This document shows positions 10,157 to 21,038 of a DNA stretch of 64,000 nt, one piece after another. The stretch lies in IMG/VR virus record IMGVR_UViG_3300044540_000317; one strand, 5' to 3'. The notes beneath the pieces were generated by a model. It was not told the origin of the DNA, did no database searches, and saw only the letters and a program-made list of their open reading frames with translations. Position 1 is the stretch's first letter; each line of letters starts with the position of its first letter. Source of the stretch: an uncultured virus (IMG/VR IMGVR_UViG_3300044540_000317). Lineage: Duplodnaviria; Heunggongvirae; Uroviricota; Caudoviricetes. Both the position numbers and the translations under genes were made by a program.

Positions 10157-10798
10157 TCAGACGGCATCAAGTGCCGGGAACGGGTAGCGCTTGCGGGTGA
10201 TCGTTTCCTTCTCGACCACATCCAGGTGCACCCCGTCGGCCCACTCCGGGAACTCGCGCCCGTCGAAGGCGACATCGCGCAAGTAGGAGGCGTTCACGAG
10301 CACCAGGTGGACGTTCGCCGCAATCGAGCCGTCGGACCGCTCGAGCGGCCCATACAGGCACGGGTAGCCGGTCAGCAGCCGGACTGCCTGCTCGTCGTGT
10401 AGACGCACGCCACACTTCTCCACAAGGTACGGCTTGAGGATCTTCTCGGCGTAGTCCTTCATCAGCCAGTGCGCCTCGTCATACTGCTGCTGCTTCGGCC
10501 CGCTGAACACCAACCCGGTCCAGACCAGCCACGGCAGCGCGCCAAGGGCGAGAACCAGCGCCGGAAGCTCCCACAGCTCCAGCTCGGTACGGTTCCCGAG
10601 CACGAACGGGATCGGGTCTAGGGTGACGAGGAACTCCCCAAGGCCCCACAGGGCCCCGATGACCAGCAGCGACGCCAGCCACGCACCCAAGCGCAGACGG
10701 CCCCGCTCGGCGCCGTAGTTCACTGCGGGCAGCCGCAGACCGTCCCGGGCCGTCTTCCCCGACAGGTACGCCGGCAGCGCCTCAGTCGTCTCGGTCAT
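10157..10798 (-). CDS. Membrane protein (2 TM), hypothetical
   Basis: Two hydrophobic segments; GAAGGG SD; follows dnaE. Confidence 0.65.
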   Translation of the reverse strand: MTETTEALPAYLSGKTARDGLRLPAVNYGAERGRLRLGAWLASLLVIGALWGLGEFLVTLDPIPFVLGNRTELELWELPALVLALGALPWLVWTGLVFSGPKQQQYDEAHWLMKDYAEKILKPYLVEKCGVRLHDEQAVRLLTGYPCLYGPLERSDGSIAANVHLVLVNASYLRDVAFDGREFPEWADGVHLDVVEKETITRKRYPFPALDAV

Positions 10799-10882
10799 CG
10801 GAACCGCCCTTCGCTCTGGAACGACTCCAAAGTAGCGCCCTGCTCGGACATTCCCCCTGTCCAGCGAGCACGGCGACGAGCC

Positions 10883-13800
10883 CTACACCGCGTCCGGTCC
10901 GAGCAGCGCGCGGATCTCCGCCGCGAGATGTCCGGTCCCAGCCACCTTGAACTGGTCGCCGAGCGCCATCCGGACCACCGCACCGCCCTCACGCGCCATG
11001 ACCAGGTGAACCGGACGCGACCCGGGGAACTGCTCGAGCAGCTCCTTGAACGCTTCGACAACCTCGACGGTCAGCGCCGTCTCCGCGACCTGGACCACGA
11101 TCGGGTCCGTCCGGCCGTCGTCGGCGACGGCCGCCGCGGGAGCGTCCACCGGGGCCGGCTTACCCTCCGCGACCGCAGCCGCGGCCCGGTCGTGCTTGCG
11201 CTGCGCCGCAGCGAGGTCCGGCTGCGACACCGACTTCACCGCGAACGTCGTCGACCCGTCGTCGCGCTTCTCGACCCGTCCGGTGAACGTCAGAACCGCG
11301 TCACGGACCAGCAGCTCCGACACCTCCGCGTACGTGCGCGGGAACACGAACACCTGCATCGAAGCGTCCAGATCCTCGACCGTCACGATCGCCCACGGGT
11401 CGCCGGACGCCTTCGTCGTCTTCTTCTCCACCGCCGAGATGAGACCCGCGATCTTCACCTGGTCGGTCGGAGGGTGCTCCGCGTCCCGTAGGTATGCGAT
11501 CGGATGCGACGACAGCTGCTCGACAGCGCCCGCGAACTTCGCCAGCGGATGCCCCGACACGTACAGGCCCAGGACCTCACGCTCGCGCGCGAGCTTCTCC
11601 CGTTCGTCCCATTCCGGGATGTCCGGGATCGTCAGCTCGAACGCCGGCATCTCGACCGCGTCGTCGCCGTCGAACATCGACAGGAGATCTTCGCCCTTGC
11701 CCAGGCCGGCCTTCTTCGCCTTCCGAGCCTTCTCGCACGCCTCCTCCAGCACGAACGACAGCGACGACCGCGTCAGGCCGAACGAGTCGAACGCTCCCGC
11801 GAGGTTCAGCGCCTCGACCGCCTTCTTCCCCGCCAGTTGCGTGTCCGCGCGCATGAGTAAGTCGACCAGGTCCTTCGCTTTCCCATCAGTGCGCCGCTCG
11901 ACCAGCCACGCGCTGATGCCGCCCTCGCCGACGCCCTTCACCCCGATCAGGCCCGTGCGGATGGCGTCACCGACGGCGGTGTAGTTCAGCTCCGACTCGT
12001 TCACGTCCGGGACGAGGACCTCGATCCCCATCCGGCGGCACTCCCCCAGATACAGCGCGAGCTTGTCCTTGTTGTCCGCGTTCGTCGTCAGCAGCGCAGC
12101 CATGTACTCCGCCGGGAAGTTCGCCTTCAAATACGCCGTCTGGTACGAGATGAGCCCGTATGCCGCCGAGTGGCTCAAGTTGAAAGCATAATCCGAGAAG
12201 GGGACCAGGATCTCCCACAGCGCTTCGATCGCGTTGTCGGAGAACCCGTTCGCGCGCATTCCGTCCCGGAAACCCTCGAACTCCTTCGCGAGTTTGACCT
12301 TGTCCTTCTTGCCCATCGCACGCCGCAGCAGGTCAGCCTTACCCAGCGAGTACCCCGCCAGGTCCTGCGCGATCTTCATCACCTGCTCCTGATACACGAT
12401 CAGCTGATGCGTCTTGCCTAAGATTGGGGCGAGCGCGTCCGCGAGCTCAGGATGGATAGGCGTCGCCGGCCGGCGCTTGTTCTTCCGGTCCGCGTAGTCA
12501 GTGTGGGCGCCCGCGGCCATGGGGCCCGGGCGGTACAGCGCCAGGACGGCAGAGATGTCGTCGAAGGAGTCTGGCTCCATCAGTTTCAGCAGCGACCGCA
12601 TGGGCGCCGAGTCCAGCTGGAACACCCCGAGAGTGTCGCCGCGCGCGACCAGGTCGAACGTCGCCGGGTCGTTCAGGTCGCGGCTGACCTGATCCAGGTC
12701 CACCTCGACGCCCCGGTTCAGGCGGATCAGACGCAGCGCCTCATCGATCGTGCCCAAGTTCGACAAGCCGAGGAAGTCGAACTTGATGCCGCCGAGCTCC
12801 TCGACCGACTGGTACTCCACCGCCGTCGTGATCGGCGACTTCGTGTCCCGCCGCATCAGCGGCGTGATCTCCACCAGCGGCTTACCCGCCATCACCACAC
12901 CCGCGGCATGCATGCCGACGCCGCGCTGGATGCCCTCGATCTCCATCGCCAGGTCCACGACCTGCTGCGCGCCCGGCTCGGACGCGACCAGGTCCCGGAA
13001 CTCCTGCCCCTCGTGGTACCGCTCATGCTCGGGGTTGAAGATGTCCTTCAGGGCGACGTCGCGGCCGACGATCGGCTTCGGGTAGACCTTGTTCAGCTTG
13101 TCGCCGAGCTGGTACGGCATGTCCAGCACCCGCGCGGAGTCCTTGATTGCGGCGCGGCCCTTGAGGAACCCGCGAGTCATCAGCTGGGTGACCTTGTCGT
13201 CGCCGTACTTCTCCCGAACGTAGTCGATGACCTCGCCGCGGCGGCGGTCGTCGAAGTCGACGTCGATGTCGGGCATGGACACGCGTTCGGGGTTGAGGAA
13301 CCGTTCGAACATCAGTCCGTGCTCGAGCGGGTCGAGGTCGGTGATGCCGAGCGCGTACGCGACGATCGACCCTGCCGCTGACCCTCGGCCGGGTCCGACG
13401 CGAATGCCGTTCTCCTTCGCCCAGTTGATGAAATCCGCGGTGACGAGGAAGTAGCCGGGGAACCCCATCTGGTTCATGACGCCGACCTCGTACTCGGCCT
13501 GAGCCTGATGCTCGGGCGAGATCCCGTCCGGGAAGCGCCGCTCGAGGCCGGCCTGCGTCTCCTTCATTAGCCACGTCTCGGTGGTCTCCCCATCGGGAAC
13601 GGGGAAGTCGGGCATGTAGATCTCGCCGGTGCGGGGCTGCGCGGTGACCCGCTCAGCGATTGCGAGGGTGTTGTCGCACGCGTCGGGGGCGATGTCGTCC
13701 CAGATCGCGCGCATCTGCTCGGCAGTCTTGAGGTAGAAGTCGGGCGCGTCGAATTTGAACCGGTTCGGGTCGGACAGCTTCGACCCGGATCCGATGCACA

Positions 13801-14509
13801 GCAGCGCGTCATGCATGTGCGATTCGTGCTGGTGGACGTAGTGCAGGTCGGTCGTGGCGACAGTGCCGAGGCCGAGGTCCTTCGCGAGGCGGAGCAGGTC
13901 AGGGATGACGCGCTTCTCGATCGCGAGGCCGTGGTCCATCACCTCGACGAAGAAGTTGTCTTTGCCGAAGATGTCGCGGAACTTCGCGGCCGCTTCACGG
14001 GCCTTGCCGTAGTCGCCGATCCGCAGCCACGTCTGAACCTCGCCGGACGGGCAGCCGGTTGTGGCGATGATGCCTTTCCCATACTGCTGGAGGAGCTCCA
14101 AATCCATTCTCGGAGATCTGTAGAATCCAGTAAGGAACGCCTCGGTCGACATCTTGAACAGGTTGTAGAGACCGTCGGTCGTCTCGGCGAGCAGCGTCAT
14201 GTGCGTGTACGCGCCGTTGCCGGACACGTCGTCCTCGCCGCCCCCGTTCCACCGGACGGGCTCCTTGTGGGTGCGCGGGACGTCGGGTGCGAGGTACGCC
14301 TCGATGCCGTAGATCGGCTTGACCGACGTGCCCTGGGTGGCCTTGTACAGGTCGTAGAACCCCGACATCGAGCCGTGGTCGGTGACAGCGACGGCGGGCA
14401 TGCCGAGCTCCTCCGCCCGCTTCACCAGGTCGGGGATGCGTGCGGCACCGTCAAGCTTGGAGTTGTCGGTGTGGGAGTGGAGCGAGACGAACGACTTGGT
14501 CACGGGCAC
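10883..14509 (-). CDS. dnaE: DNA polymerase III alpha subunit
   Basis: PHP domain FVSLHSHTDNSKLDGA, GPGRGSAAGS, FERFLNPERVSMPDIDVDF, KFDFLGL, YAFNLSH, OB fold; true start may be GTG 14503. Confidence 0.97.
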   Translation of the reverse strand: MPVTKSFVSLHSHTDNSKLDGAARIPDLVKRAEELGMPAVAVTDHGSMSGFYDLYKATQGTSVKPIYGIEAYLAPDVPRTHKEPVRWNGGGEDDVSGNGAYTHMTLLAETTDGLYNLFKMSTEAFLTGFYRSPRMDLELLQQYGKGIIATTGCPSGEVQTWLRIGDYGKAREAAAKFRDIFGKDNFFVEVMDHGLAIEKRVIPDLLRLAKDLGLGTVATTDLHYVHQHESHMHDALLCIGSGSKLSDPNRFKFDAPDFYLKTAEQMRAIWDDIAPDACDNTLAIAERVTAQPRTGEIYMPDFPVPDGETTETWLMKETQAGLERRFPDGISPEHQAQAEYEVGVMNQMGFPGYFLVTADFINWAKENGIRVGPGRGSAAGSIVAYALGITDLDPLEHGLMFERFLNPERVSMPDIDVDFDDRRRGEVIDYVREKYGDDKVTQLMTRGFLKGRAAIKDSARVLDMPYQLGDKLNKVYPKPIVGRDVALKDIFNPEHERYHEGQEFRDLVASEPGAQQVVDLAMEIEGIQRGVGMHAAGVVMAGKPLVEITPLMRRDTKSPITTAVEYQSVEELGGIKFDFLGLSNLGTIDEALRLIRLNRGVEVDLDQVSRDLNDPATFDLVARGDTLGVFQLDSAPMRSLLKLMEPDSFDDISAVLALYRPGPMAAGAHTDYADRKNKRRPATPIHPELADALAPILGKTHQLIVYQEQVMKIAQDLAGYSLGKADLLRRAMGKKDKVKLAKEFEGFRDGMRANGFSDNAIEALWEILVPFSDYAFNLSHSAAYGLISYQTAYLKANFPAEYMAALLTTNADNKDKLALYLGECRRMGIEVLVPDVNESELNYTAVGDAIRTGLIGVKGVGEGGISAWLVERRTDGKAKDLVDLLMRADTQLAGKKAVEALNLAGAFDSFGLTRSSLSFVLEEACEKARKAKKAGLGKGEDLLSMFDGDDAVEMPAFELTIPDIPEWDEREKLAREREVLGLYVSGHPLAKFAGAVEQLSSHPIAYLRDAEHPPTDQVKIAGLISAVEKKTTKASGDPWAIVTVEDLDASMQVFVFPRTYAEVSELLVRDAVLTFTGRVEKRDDGSTTFAVKSVSQPDLAAAQRKHDRAAAAVAEGKPAPVDAPAAAVADDGRTDPIVVQVAETALTVEVVEAFKELLEQFPGSRPVHLVMAREGGAVVRMALGDQFKVAGTGHLAAEIRALLGPDAV

Positions 14510-14599
14510 CTTCCAGGGGACTCAGCCCCTGCTATCGGTGCGAGCGCGCGCCGGCGCCCGGCTCTTATGGAGCCTCGGCTGGCATGCTTCGGGAGCGGG

Positions 14600-15262
14600 T
14601 CAGTAGACCGGTCCGGCGGCCGGGATGGACACGGCACGGAACAGTTGGAACGGCTCCACTGAGAGGGCTGTGAGGTTCATCCACGACCTCAGCTCCGCTG
14701 CGGGCAGTTCCGGGGTGACCGTTTGAACAAGTCCGGAAATGAGCGCGTATTCGCCGAGGCTGTCGACGATCCAACGCTCGACCGACACATGCCGGTTCCG
14801 GTCGTAGGCGACCGCGGGCGCGGGAAGCGTCTTGGCGACGGCGATGAAGTCAGCCCACGTGTCGCCGTTCCAGTCGGAGAAGTCGCCGACGAGTTCGTCG
14901 CCGTACAGCGCTCGGGACTGGTCGAACATCGCATCGGCGAGCTGTTCGAGCTCGGCCTGTCCGAGCGGGGCGCGCAGACACGCCGGGTCGAACGTGAGGT
15001 CGTCCGGGGTGGTGCGTGCCTCTTCCGGCGAGGCGGCGCATGCGACGGCAAGGTCGAGCGTGGCGAGGTAGGAAGCGACGGCGCCGTACGCGGGGATGAT
15101 GGCGGCGGGGTGTTCGCCGGACCCGCCGCCAAGGATGAGATCGTCGGGGGTCGCGTCGAAGTCGTCGCCTGCGTGGCGGCTGATGGTCGTGTTGATCCGG
15201 TACAGGGGGATGCCGGCGAACCAGCCGAGCTGGGTGTGGGGCAGTGAGTGAATGTAGGACAT
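14600..15262 (-). CDS. Hypothetical protein
   Basis: 220-aa ORF with GGAAG upstream and globular composition. Confidence 0.6.
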   Translation of the reverse strand: MSYIHSLPHTQLGWFAGIPLYRINTTISRHAGDDFDATPDDLILGGGSGEHPAAIIPAYGAVASYLATLDLAVACAASPEEARTTPDDLTFDPACLRAPLGQAELEQLADAMFDQSRALYGDELVGDFSDWNGDTWADFIAVAKTLPAPAVAYDRNRHVSVERWIVDSLGEYALISGLVQTVTPELPAAELRSWMNLTALSVEPFQLFRAVSIPAAGPVY

Positions 15263-15421
15263 GGGGTCTTCCGGTCTTCGTGGTGCCGCGGTCTGCCCGA
15301 CCGAGCTGCGGGTGGCGGCTTATTCCATCGTGGCAGGGACCACCGTCATCGGGCCGGGCCGATGTGGACGGTCAGCGGCGTCGGAACGACTCGGCGCTCA
15401 CGAACTTGCGAGGAACGCTCC

Positions 15422-16045
15422 ATGACGAACCCTGACTACACCCACCTGACCCTCGTTGTGGACCGTTCCGGTTCGATGGAGTCGATGCGTTCCGAGGCGG
15501 AGCAGGGCATCAACCAGCTCCTTGCCGACCAGGCGAAGATTCCTGGCCGTTTCACTGTCACGATCGTGCAGTTCGACAGTGAGGTGGAGACCGTGAGCCG
15601 GATGGATGTCTGGCCCGCTCCGTATCAGCTCGTTCCTCGCGGGATGACCGCGCTACTCGACGCCGTCGGCAGTGAGATCGTCGCCACCGGCGAAGACCTC
15701 ACCTCGCTGCCGGAGGACAGCCGACCGGCGAAGGTTGTATTCGTTGTCGTTACCGACGGGCAGGAGAACTCCAGCCACGACTGGGACCTCGACCGTGTCC
15801 GAGCTGCGATTGGGAAACAGAAAGCTGACTACCAGTGGGCGTTCCAGTTCCTCGGCGCCGGCGAGTCGGCATGGCAGGGCGCCGACCTCGGCATGGCGAC
15901 GACCCGCTACTCCGCCGACGGTGCCGGCACGACCCGTTCGTACCAGGCGATGAACGCTGCGCTGACCAACTTGCGGGCAGCCCCGGCGAACGCGGACGCG
16001 GTGTTCTCTATGCCGGAGACGATCGACGGGGACAGCGGAAGCTAA
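15422..16045 (+). CDS. vWA domain protein
   Basis: MIDAS VVDRSGSM, GMTALLDA, VVTDGQEN, FQFLGA; GAGGA SD. Confidence 0.88.
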   Translation: MTNPDYTHLTLVVDRSGSMESMRSEAEQGINQLLADQAKIPGRFTVTIVQFDSEVETVSRMDVWPAPYQLVPRGMTALLDAVGSEIVATGEDLTSLPEDSRPAKVVFVVVTDGQENSSHDWDLDRVRAAIGKQKADYQWAFQFLGAGESAWQGADLGMATTRYSADGAGTTRSYQAMNAALTNLRAAPANADAVFSMPETIDGDSGS

Positions 16046-16112
16046 CCGCACCTGCAGTTCACCGTTAGGCAACGCCGACCCGGAGCGTCCCACGGAAAGG
16101 GCGGTGGCGGCC

Positions 16113-16793
16113 ATGGCCGTGAAGAAGGTTCGCAAGGCTGACGGCTCCGCCGTCTTCGTTCGCACCGGGGAGGGGTCCGGCGGCGGCATCGTCGGCAACG
16201 CGCCCAGTCCGCGGACGCTGCGCGGCATCTCCGCGCCCGGACAGGCCCCGACCGCACTCCTTGACGGCTTGGACTGGCTCGCGGCGAACCCGGGCATCGT
16301 CGTGCCCTACCAGCCGTCCGTGGAAGCTGACCGTCTCGCATTCGCAATGGGAGCCGGGGGTGGAGTCGGAGCCTGGCTCGAACGCCGCAAGGCCCGGCGC
16401 GAGCTCGAGGAGAAGTTCGGCCCGATCGACTGGTCCGACCGGGACCTCGTTCCCGCGCCGACGTTCACCGCGCCCGCCCCGCAGGCGCCCGCGCAGCAGT
16501 CGATGACTGACACTGTCACGATGAGCGCGACCGCGCCTTCACGCTCCGCCGCGACCGACCCGGCCGCGCTTCGCGCGTACAGCGGCCAGTACGGGGTCCT
16601 GTGGTTGCGTGGCGCTGACGGCGACTTCTATCGGATGGCAGACACTGCCCGAATGCTGCACTGCGAGGTCGGCGACCCCGGAGCCGCCGCGGACAGCGAA
16701 TGGCGGCATAAGGAGCACGTCCTGGTCCAGTACGCGTCGTACGCGCTGCGGTACCAGCTCGATGACGTGTTGTTCACCCCGAACTCCGCCTGA
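16113..16793 (+). CDS. Hypothetical protein, possible divergent leader-tagged cargo
   Basis: CGTTAG at 16063, GAAAGG SD, basic/Gly N-terminus (KKVRKADG...GGGIVGNAPSP). Confidence 0.6.
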   Translation: MAVKKVRKADGSAVFVRTGEGSGGGIVGNAPSPRTLRGISAPGQAPTALLDGLDWLAANPGIVVPYQPSVEADRLAFAMGAGGGVGAWLERRKARRELEEKFGPIDWSDRDLVPAPTFTAPAPQAPAQQSMTDTVTMSATAPSRSAATDPAALRAYSGQYGVLWLRGADGDFYRMADTARMLHCEVGDPGAAADSEWRHKEHVLVQYASYALRYQLDDVLFTPNSA

Positions 16794-16880
16794 CGCTGTA
16801 ACGCTTCGACTGAGCATTCCGATGCGGTATAGTAGGGCTGTCCGGCTTTCGCGATCCCCCGGGCGAGAACGGACCAACCC

Positions 16881-17495
16881 ATGGCGCGCTTCTTCTCCGC
16901 TGACCACCACTTTGGACACGCCCGCATCATCGAGCTGTGCGGCAGGCCGTTCCGCTCCGTCGCGGACATGAACGAGATCATTCTCGCGAACGCATGGGAG
17001 ATGGTCGGCCCCGACGATGACTTCTACCTCCTCGGCGACCTCGCGATGGGGTCCCTTGACGATTCACTCTCCTTCGCGTCCCGGCTCCCGGGACGGAAGA
17101 TCCTCATCCTCGGCAACCACGACCGGCCTTTCAGTGAGCGAACCGAGCCGCGACGCGAAGCCGCTCGCCGCCGTTACGAAGACGCCGGCCTGACCATCGC
17201 TGACAGTCTCGTCGTTCGTGACACGATCGGGGGCCGCGACGTGCTCCTTTCGCACTTCCCATACGTCGGCGACTCCCACTCCGCCGTCGACCGGTGGGCC
17301 GAGGTCCGGGCCCGCGACGAGGGGCTGCCGATTGTGCACGGCCACGTCCACACGAGTTGGCACATCGACGGCCGTCAATACAACGTCGGTGTCGACGTCA
17401 ACGACTTCCGGCCCGTTCCGGAGCAGGTCCTCGCCGACTGGGCCGCTTCCCTTCTTCCCGTGTCGTCCCAACACAAGACCGCCCGTGACCGATAG
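16881..17495 (+). CDS. Calcineurin-like metallophosphoesterase (phage type)
   Basis: ADHHFGH, LGD, GNHD, SHFP, HGHVH, NVGVD. Confidence 0.9.
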   Translation: MARFFSADHHFGHARIIELCGRPFRSVADMNEIILANAWEMVGPDDDFYLLGDLAMGSLDDSLSFASRLPGRKILILGNHDRPFSERTEPRREAARRRYEDAGLTIADSLVVRDTIGGRDVLLSHFPYVGDSHSAVDRWAEVRARDEGLPIVHGHVHTSWHIDGRQYNVGVDVNDFRPVPEQVLADWAASLLPVSSQHKTARDR

Positions 17496-17556
17496 CGCCA
17501 GCGCGCGGCACAGACCCCGAACCGCCAACTCGCCAAATGAAGGAACCGACCGACTA

Positions 17557-18519
17557 ATGGGTGCGACACCATTCGCTCTATGCGTTTGTGTCACTTGCGG
17601 CCCGCCGTGGCGTAGCCAGTCACCTGAACCCGACCGCGCCACCGACTTCGCCGGCTGGCTCGGGTGGCACTCATGGATGGCCCTGTGCCCCCGATGCGGA
17701 AGCAAACGATGCGTCGGAGCGTCCAACCACGACCAGCTATGCGCGCCCGCATTTCCCGGACCGACACTCAGCGCCTCGACGTCGACGGACCCCGGCAGCC
17801 TGAAGAAGGACTCTGCGAGCGGCGGGAACCTCAACGCACGCATCGCGGAGGCGCGCGGCGTGGCTCTCACCGTCCGAGTGAAGGTGGGCGTCGCAGAGTC
17901 CCGAGTTATCAACGAACTCGCGGACGCTCTCCAAGCAATGGCCGCGGAGATGCATTCGCGCGAGCTACACCACTTCGAAACCGAGAAGCTGCTGGCCGAA
18001 GCCGGCATCGATCCGGACTCGCCGGCTCCGTCATCAACAAGCGCTCCACAAGCGTCACCGGCCGCGCGGGCGCAAGGTGCGGAGGAGCGCGGTGTCGCGG
18101 ACCGTGCAGCGGTACTGGCTATCCTCGCCGACCCTCAATGGCAGCGCTCCAACGTCGTGTACGAATGGCCCGACGACGAGGCCGAAGCGTACCGAGCGCT
18201 CGGCTGGTCGGAAGGGGCCGCAGCCGCTCATGAGATCCTGCTGAACAAACAGGCCGACGCCGTGATGAGCGTTCTACGGACCGCGAGCGACGTGAAGGCC
18301 GAGGTGTTTGCGGAGGAGGCTGAGCATGTGCAGCGCCTCATCGACGCTGAACAGTCCGTTGAGCCGCAAGGTTCTACCGCCCACGCCATGCAGGGCTATG
18401 TTCTCAATGAACTGGAAGCGCTACGTGACCGTTTGCGGAGGCGTGCCGCCGAGTACTTCGGCCCAGCATCGCTCGCGGCGGCCGAACCACCCACAACTCC
18501 CTCGTCTTCGGCGCCCTGA
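17557..18519 (+). CDS. Hypothetical mosaic phage-like protein with Cys-rich N-terminus
   Basis: AAGGA SD; CVCVTC...CPRCGSKRC...NHDQLC followed by helical segments. Confidence 0.6.
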   Translation: MGATPFALCVCVTCGPPWRSQSPEPDRATDFAGWLGWHSWMALCPRCGSKRCVGASNHDQLCAPAFPGPTLSASTSTDPGSLKKDSASGGNLNARIAEARGVALTVRVKVGVAESRVINELADALQAMAAEMHSRELHHFETEKLLAEAGIDPDSPAPSSTSAPQASPAARAQGAEERGVADRAAVLAILADPQWQRSNVVYEWPDDEAEAYRALGWSEGAAAAHEILLNKQADAVMSVLRTASDVKAEVFAEEAEHVQRLIDAEQSVEPQGSTAHAMQGYVLNELEALRDRLRRRAAEYFGPASLAAAEPPTTPSSSAP

Positions 18520-18602
18520 CCCCTCGACGGGTTTGGTCGGGTCGGGTGGTGCGATGCGCGTTAGGGTTCGACGGTCAGCAGCGGCCAGTGAAGGGATATC
18601 CG

Positions 18603-18695
18603 ATGCCCGCAACCCGTGACCCGAAAGGCGCCCGCCGCGGAGGAAAGAGCTCCGGCGGCCAGTTCACCGCGAACACGTCCGGAAAGGCCGGCATC
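18603..18695 (+). repeat. Type A leader repeat, copy 1
   Basis: 91 of 93 nt identical to 22352..22444. Confidence 0.95.
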
Positions 18696-19157
18696 ACAGC
18701 ACCAAGCGTGCCGCCGATACCGGGACCTGCGCGTCTTGCGGATGCGGGCCAGGGAAGCTACGGCATGACGCGCGAACAGTTTGAAGCGTTCCTCGCCGCC
18801 CCTCCCCCTGCTCTTGTCAGCATTTCGGTCGAGCAGCTGTCCGACCGCCGCGACCGCACCCTTCTCCTGGGGTACACCGTTAACCGTGACACCTTTCACG
18901 TATACCTCCAAGACGGACTCCTGTGCCGTCACGTCTACTCGTCCGTGTTCCCGGATCGGTCAATCGCGGGATACGAGAACGAGGCTGGGGCGGAGCTTGT
19001 CGTTCAAGAGTTGGTCCCGAACAAGCGCGTGTACCCCCAGTACTGCGACCCGGAGTTTGTCGGGCTCCTCCGGCAGGCGGGCGTCACGGTGCCGTTCACT
19101 AACCACAGCGATCCGGGGCGGGAAGGGCCGTTCTTCGCGAAGACCATGGAGGGGTAG
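18603..19157 (+). CDS. Leader-tagged (type A) hypothetical protein
   Basis: Starts MPATRDPKGARRGGKSSGGQFTANTSGK; GAAGGG SD; CGTTAG at 18559. Confidence 0.8.
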   Translation: MPATRDPKGARRGGKSSGGQFTANTSGKAGITAPSVPPIPGPARLADAGQGSYGMTREQFEAFLAAPPPALVSISVEQLSDRRDRTLLLGYTVNRDTFHVYLQDGLLCRHVYSSVFPDRSIAGYENEAGAELVVQELVPNKRVYPQYCDPEFVGLLRQAGVTVPFTNHSDPGREGPFFAKTMEG

Positions 19158-19399
19158 AAGGGCCCGGACGGGACGGTGTCGTCCGCTACGCCTTAGTCTC
19201 CGCATCGATCGGGATGAGGAATCCGCGCGTCTCGTGAGCGTGCTCAGCTCCCGAAATCGCCAGTTCAGTAGGGATATCGAACAATTTCGCAACCGCCCTC
19301 CCAGCCCCACGATCGCAAATCGCCAGTTAACGCGCTACACCGGTCACCGATAACCGATGGCGTCGGCGCTTTGCCGGCCGGTTCGGAACGGGGCTTCCT

Positions 19400-20278
19400 A
19401 TGCGACGTCACCATCTACTGCCCGTCTTCGCGGTCACGGCCGTCATACTGACCGCCTGCGCGGCTCCCCTTGAGGCACAGCTCGCCTCCACAGGCCAGCC
19501 AATCTCGACAGTCGAAACTGACGCGTCAGTCGCCAGCGCCAACGAAGCAGGGCAGGGCCTGAGCGAGAGCAACATCCCCAACACGGCCGGCGAATCCACG
19601 GCCACCGGCCCGATCGCGGGCGACGGCGACTCTTCGATGCAAGGAGAAGTCAAGCCCAACGAGACAGCGACAAGCGGCGAACCCGCCCCGCCCGACTCAG
19701 CCACCGAAACCTCACACGAAGGAAGCGAGGTGCAGGGAGCGGAGACCCCGCCGCCGTCTGACCCCCTCGCCTCTGCGCCAACATCTTGCGCCCCTGCGCC
19801 GACAGATGCTTTCGGGGAAGCGCCTTCGGTGACGTCGGTCGGCGGAGTCGGCGGCACGACAACATCCGATCTGCAGAGCTTCGCTCGCACATACAACGAC
19901 ATCCGAGTTGCGAACTGCCTTCCGCCGATCCCTTACCGGAACATCCGATACGACTCCTGCACGGAGACGCGTTTGTTCTGGATTGCCGAAGATCCGTCCA
20001 CAGATTCGGCGAGCGCCTGGGGGCATATCGGATCCGTTCGCTCGGACGGACTGGCCAGCGTCGGCTGCGACGGCAACCTCGCTGGGGGCGCAGCTGACAT
20101 TGGCGCTACCGTCGCCCAGAAATGGTGGGACTCGGCCCCGCATCGGGCATCCCTGTACAAGCCGACGTTCTTGGGCTCAACCAACGGCGTCTGTATCCTC
20201 TTTGCGATGACGCATGGCGGGGTGCCGAACGAACCATACTCGTTCACGCGCGCAGCGGCGCGTTGGGTGAACTGCTGA
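19400..20278 (+). CDS. Lipoprotein with CAP/SCP-like C-terminal domain
   Basis: Lipobox LTAC; S/T/E/P-rich linker; YNDIRVANCLPP...GNLA...WWDSAPHRASL. Confidence 0.72.
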   Translation: MRRHHLLPVFAVTAVILTACAAPLEAQLASTGQPISTVETDASVASANEAGQGLSESNIPNTAGESTATGPIAGDGDSSMQGEVKPNETATSGEPAPPDSATETSHEGSEVQGAETPPPSDPLASAPTSCAPAPTDAFGEAPSVTSVGGVGGTTTSDLQSFARTYNDIRVANCLPPIPYRNIRYDSCTETRLFWIAEDPSTDSASAWGHIGSVRSDGLASVGCDGNLAGGAADIGATVAQKWWDSAPHRASLYKPTFLGSTNGVCILFAMTHGGVPNEPYSFTRAAARWVNC

Positions 20279-20300
20279 CACGCGCTTCTGTCGCGGCCGG

Positions 20301-20933
20301 TCAGTCAACCGCGCAGTACGCGACTTTCCCGTTCTTCACTCGCGCGTAGATAGTGTGAGTCCCGAAGAGGTAACGGTCGCTGCTCGAATCGTGAGCAGCG
20401 CCGACGAGGGTGTCTTCGACGCGTTTACCGTCACTGCGATAGACATGAAGCTCATACCCAGCCAGTGAAGCGATTGCCGCCACTTCCTCGACAGATCGGC
20501 CGATCAACGCCGCCGGTGGAATGTAATCGCCGTCGCGCTGTCGCGCAGCGATCGCTTCGAACCGCGAGCGTCGTTCACGACGGATGGCGCGAAGGTTGCG
20601 CAGCCACACCGGGTTCGTCAGGCGGTAAGTATTCGGCAGACGAAGGTTCCCACACTCGGGGCATCGCAGCAGCATCCAGTTCGCCCACCGACCCCACCGT
20701 TCGTACGCGCGAGTCAGCGACCCGTTCGCACAGCCATAATCGCGGCGCGGGAACCGCAAGGCGGGACCCGACCAGGCCGGACAGCGGCGCGGCTTGTCAT
20801 AGTCGGCGCGAAACACCAGCGGGAGACCGGCGGAGACCCACGCTCGGACCGGCCACGGCCACGAGGGGCGGCCGTCCACGGTCGACTGTGACGCGGGCTT
20901 GCTACGAAGCAGAGCATCCATCCTGGTCGGCAC
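20301..20933 (-). CDS. Hypothetical protein with CPECG knuckle
   Basis: GAAGGGG upstream of GTG; this start avoids overlap with the M50B gene; start uncertain. Confidence 0.5.
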   Translation of the reverse strand: MPTRMDALLRSKPASQSTVDGRPSWPWPVRAWVSAGLPLVFRADYDKPRRCPAWSGPALRFPRRDYGCANGSLTRAYERWGRWANWMLLRCPECGNLRLPNTYRLTNPVWLRNLRAIRRERRSRFEAIAARQRDGDYIPPAALIGRSVEEVAAIASLAGYELHVYRSDGKRVEDTLVGAAHDSSSDRYLFGTHTIYARVKNGKVAYCAVD

Positions 20934-21038
20934 GAAGCGCGGCCCCTTCTTTTGAACGTGGCCGCTCCAGCGTATAGGGCAGTGCCGACACCGGCTCCGC
21001 CTGGCGGAGCGCGCACCGACGGAGCCGATGTCGGCGCC

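Noticed and set aside
10883..14509. Intein in DnaE
   Set aside because: Conserved motifs are contiguous; the extra length is only an Ala/Pro linker near the C-terminus
18630..18650. Leader ARRGGKS resembles the GyrA box (QRRGGKG) or a Tat twin-arginine
   Set aside because: No hydrophobic region follows, and the other leader types lack it; probably coincidence
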